In this document: piece by piece, positions 60,915 to 64,000 of the stretch | How the letters are laid out: each line of letters opens with the position of its first letter | How positions within the stretch are numbered: position 1 is the first letter of the stretch | Origin: Vicugna vicugna | Taxonomy: Eukaryota | Assembly (NCBI GenBank): GCA_013265495.1 | Contig: MU063123.1 | Span: forward strand, 124,001 to 188,000 | Length of the DNA stretch: 64,000 nucleotides | Reading direction: 5' to 3' | Made by a program: the position numbers and the translations under genes | The notes under the pieces: model-generated | What the model was told of the DNA's origin: nothing | The model's input: the letters and a program-made list of their open reading frames with translations, nothing else | The model's database searches: none

Positions 60915-63023
60915 AGAGAAACACACTAAACCTCGGATCACAATGGAGTCTGAATGAGGATCCCTAAGTCCCCATCTCCCTCCCCCGTGCCCTTCCTCCT
61001 CACCTCTACCCCAGCATTTTCAGGCCACCCATTTCTATTCCTTCTTCTTGTAAATCCTTGCTTGCCTAACTCATGCCCCACCTTCTCTTAGGTTAGAAAG
61101 ACTTACTGGAGCATTTCTAAGTTCTTCCCTGGGTCTCTCCTAGGCCCCTTCTCCAAAGGCCAGGCACCTGGGTGGTGGGGCGCTCTAGAATTTCCAAGAG
61201 ACTGTACCTCACATTCTGCTGCTCCTGCTTTTTCAGGGCATGCATGTGAAGGGAGGGAAGGCCTACTTCACAGCCCCAGGGTCCAAATTTGCCACTGGCA
61301 GCAGGTCTCAGAGCCCCAGGTCCAACAATGGACTCCCCTGGTCCAGCCGCAAAACATTTATAACCTCTCCAAGCCGTCCTCTGGCAGAAAAAAGCAAACT
61401 GTGAGCTCAGGAAGCTAATGACCTTGAAACTATCCATTTATCTTGGCCTTTCCCCTCTGTGTGAGATGCCACGAAAAGTGCCAATCTCTCTCTTTCTCTC
61501 TGAAGAAGAATGGATGTAGCCAGAAAGCCACACGCGCTTCACCTTGGCTTTGCCTCCTGGGCCAAGCCCAGGGCTGGGATACCAATGGGAACCAGAGGGG
61601 AAAGGGAATCATTCTTGATCATCCAAACCGCCTTCCTGAATCCTCCACGTGGGGGAGAGAGCTCACCTGAGTTCTGCTTCACAGCCTAATGTTCATCAGC
61701 TTCTCCATAAATCTTCATAAAGAGACAATGCTGAGTCCTAACAAACCTCCTGCATGGAGCCAGGAACTGGTGACAACTCTCCCATCTAGAGCTGTGCTGG
61801 CAGCCAGCAGTGGGCAACACAGTTCCCAGCTACCTCCGCCCTCCCACTACAGGGAGGAGGGTGGCCACCCTGAGGAATCTGAACATTTGAAACCAATAGT
61901 TCTTCTTGGTTGCCCAGCATCTGCTTTGGTGGCTGCGCTCACCCTGGCACCGGGACTTCAGTCTCCCGCTGGGCCCGGTTGAAGCCAAGAGCTGGCACAG
62001 CGAGACTCCCCTTTGTTTACGGTGCAGGCCACTTGGGTGTGAGATGTTGCCTCTTCGCTTTCCTGCAACTCTCAATTGGATTGGGGTTAAACAACAAATT
62101 CATGGACTGTGGCTGGGCTGAGAAGGCAACTCGTCTCAAGTAAACAAACCAACAAGACCAAAAGCAACAAAGAAAAATAAAATGACTGTGTGCTTGAAAA
62201 AGGCAAAGCTGGTCTTAGGATCAGAAAGCCCTGTTTCCCCCAATAGCTGCATTTTTCATTTTGTGAGATCTCCATTTTCACGATAACTTACTTTTTTTTT
62301 TCTTTTTCTCCCACCAGAGCTTTATTTCTCTTCTTTACCTGGACCACACCAGGGCCACAAACGTTCTTCCTGATCAGAACATGGCAAGGTCCCCTTCTCT
62401 CTCTTTTGCACTTTGTTTACAGGGCCTTCCAGAGGGCCAAGTGAAGGAAGGACATTTTGGGAAAACATCTGGAGGAGAAAGATGGAGAACTAGGAGGCTG
62501 ATGGAATATCCTCCCGATTCATATTGCTTATTCAGAGGTCTTTTTCTTTGGGGTTTTTTTCCACCCCACACCCCACCCCCCACCAAAGTTTAGCTTTAAG
62601 GAAGAAAATGTATTATCCTCAGGCAAATCCACACTTGCATTTAAAATTCTCAGGCTGCCTGAGATACATGAAAAGGTGGTTTAGTTTGTTTGCTCCTGCG
62701 TTAATGTGTGAAACGGCTAAATTAATCCTCCCCTATGATGTCTGAATAGGTTGTTATAAGGTGCTTAGAGATTTGGCAGGCTTAGCCCCATCTTTCTTTC
62801 AAGATGTTAAGAAAATAAATGTAAATGCAGAAAACACTGCATGTGGGGCGTCCGCTGTCCAACTTTACCATTTGAACGTCGGTGTAGTCTTTAAGAAAAG
62901 CTGACCTCGAGAACAAGGGTGCAAGATTGTCGTTGGGGTTGCCTCGTCTTCTGAACCTCCGTTTAGTTACATTTGATCCTTGGGGACTTAAGACTGGATC
63001 GCTTTCCGGTTTCCCAACCTGGT

Positions 63024-63350
63024 TGTCTTAGTTCAGACTCTTTTGTCTCCTGTCTGACAAAACCCAACTTGACCTAGTTTGAGCCAAGAGGGGCATTTTA
63101 TTAAGAAGTTAGCAGGGTATCTCCCAGAACCCAAAGGCAGGAGGACTTGTCAAGGAGCAAGAAATAGGAACTGGAAGGAAATTGGGAATCCAGCTGTGCC
63201 CTTGCTCTGTCGTCCTCTGTGTTTGCTGTTTTCGCTCTGTTCTCTCACTCTTCTCTGAAGGTGGACTTTCTTTGCTGCTGCCTTCACAGCCGGCAGACAG
63301 TCATCCCGAATCCTGAGTTTTAAAATGTTCTTTAATTCCATTCTATACAC
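63024..63350 (-). mobile_element. Old MaLR LTR (MLT1J/K/L-like)
   Basis: tgtcttagttcagactctttt...aaaacccaacttgacctagtttgagcc...attttattaag, the typical antisense start of old MLT1. Confidence 0.55.
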
Positions 63351-64000
63351 AGGAAATGGCCAGCTCCTTACTGGAATTTTGCTTTGGCGACCATGCAGTC
63401 ATCATGCCAGGGCTCCTTCTTGTCTCGTTTGCACTTCTTGTCCGTTTGCTTTGTTCCTTTCTCAAAGCATCCTGTTCTTGCTATATGAATCCTGTCCTTT
63501 TCATATCTCGCTTAGAATACGAATGAGCTGTTCTATTGTGTACTTATTCACTTTTCAACTTTCTCTTGTATTCCTTTAATTATCTCTTTTTTTCAGGGTC
63601 AGTTTATTGTGTTTCATTCTGTTTTGTCTCCTTTGCGTGCTACTCATTTTTTTTCCTGAGGTCTAGTTAGCTTTGCTTATCTGTTCATAATTAAGGGGAG
63701 AGTAGCTTGATTTGTTTCTAGGTTGCTAGCTGGTTTTCTCTGTTGTTTTCCTGGTCTTACAAATAGGATGATTGGGAAATTTACAGATGTGAGCAGGGCC
63801 CAACAATTGACAGAATAAGTGAAGGAGGAGTTGGCAAGGAGGAGAACCAGATTTGGGGCTGGGATACAGCCTTCAAATGCAAGAATGGTGCTTTCTTCAT
63901 CCAGAGGCACTGCGTCTATCCTAGAAACCCTCATTTTCTTAGGTTGAGCCCCCTTTTGTTTTGCTTTTGGGTAGAGAACCAAGCTGCCTTCCTAGGGAGG

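Noticed and set aside
61980-62090. Sarcospan-like wording RCCLFAFLQLSIG
   Set aside because: Only a few residues resemble it, and no other exons of that gene are present
1-64000. Prokaryotic or phage systems (operons, CRISPR arrays, defence islands, retrons)
   Set aside because: Sequence is mammalian (SINE/LINE/LTR content, CpG depletion); no regularly spaced repeat-spacer array and no dense ORFs

Overview
Mammalian nuclear DNA. The host is most likely a camelid (camel, llama or alpaca), inferred from four copies of a Vic-1-like tRNA-derived SINE and from the L1 3'UTR type. The draft assembly has five N-gaps. I recognise no protein-coding gene, rRNA, tRNA, snoRNA, miRNA or CRISPR array. The window reads as intergenic or deep-intronic sequence dominated by transposon fossils: L1 copies (one ~4.5 kb with internal deletions, one with a twin-priming 5' inversion), L2, MIR, MaLR/ERVL/ERV1 solo LTRs and MER2. 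It also holds a ~2.3 kb degraded hAT (Charlie/Buster-family) transposase at ~6.6-9.0 kb, visible mainly by reading through stops and frameshifts. Between the repeats are several CpG-retaining or homeodomain-site-rich patches (candidate enhancers/promoters) and a few well-formed but unproven exon candidates. The best sequence-supported oddities are a perfect 44-bp templated insertion in a TAGA microsatellite copied from 873 bp away, the hAT fossil, the L1 inversion, a symmetric TAAT-site cluster, a 36-nt candidate microexon and a triple GCTTCGGC motif. I found no convincing evidence for a new multi-gene biological system. Repeat subfamily names come from recalled consensus sequences, not a database search. 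Boundaries of old repeats are approximate.
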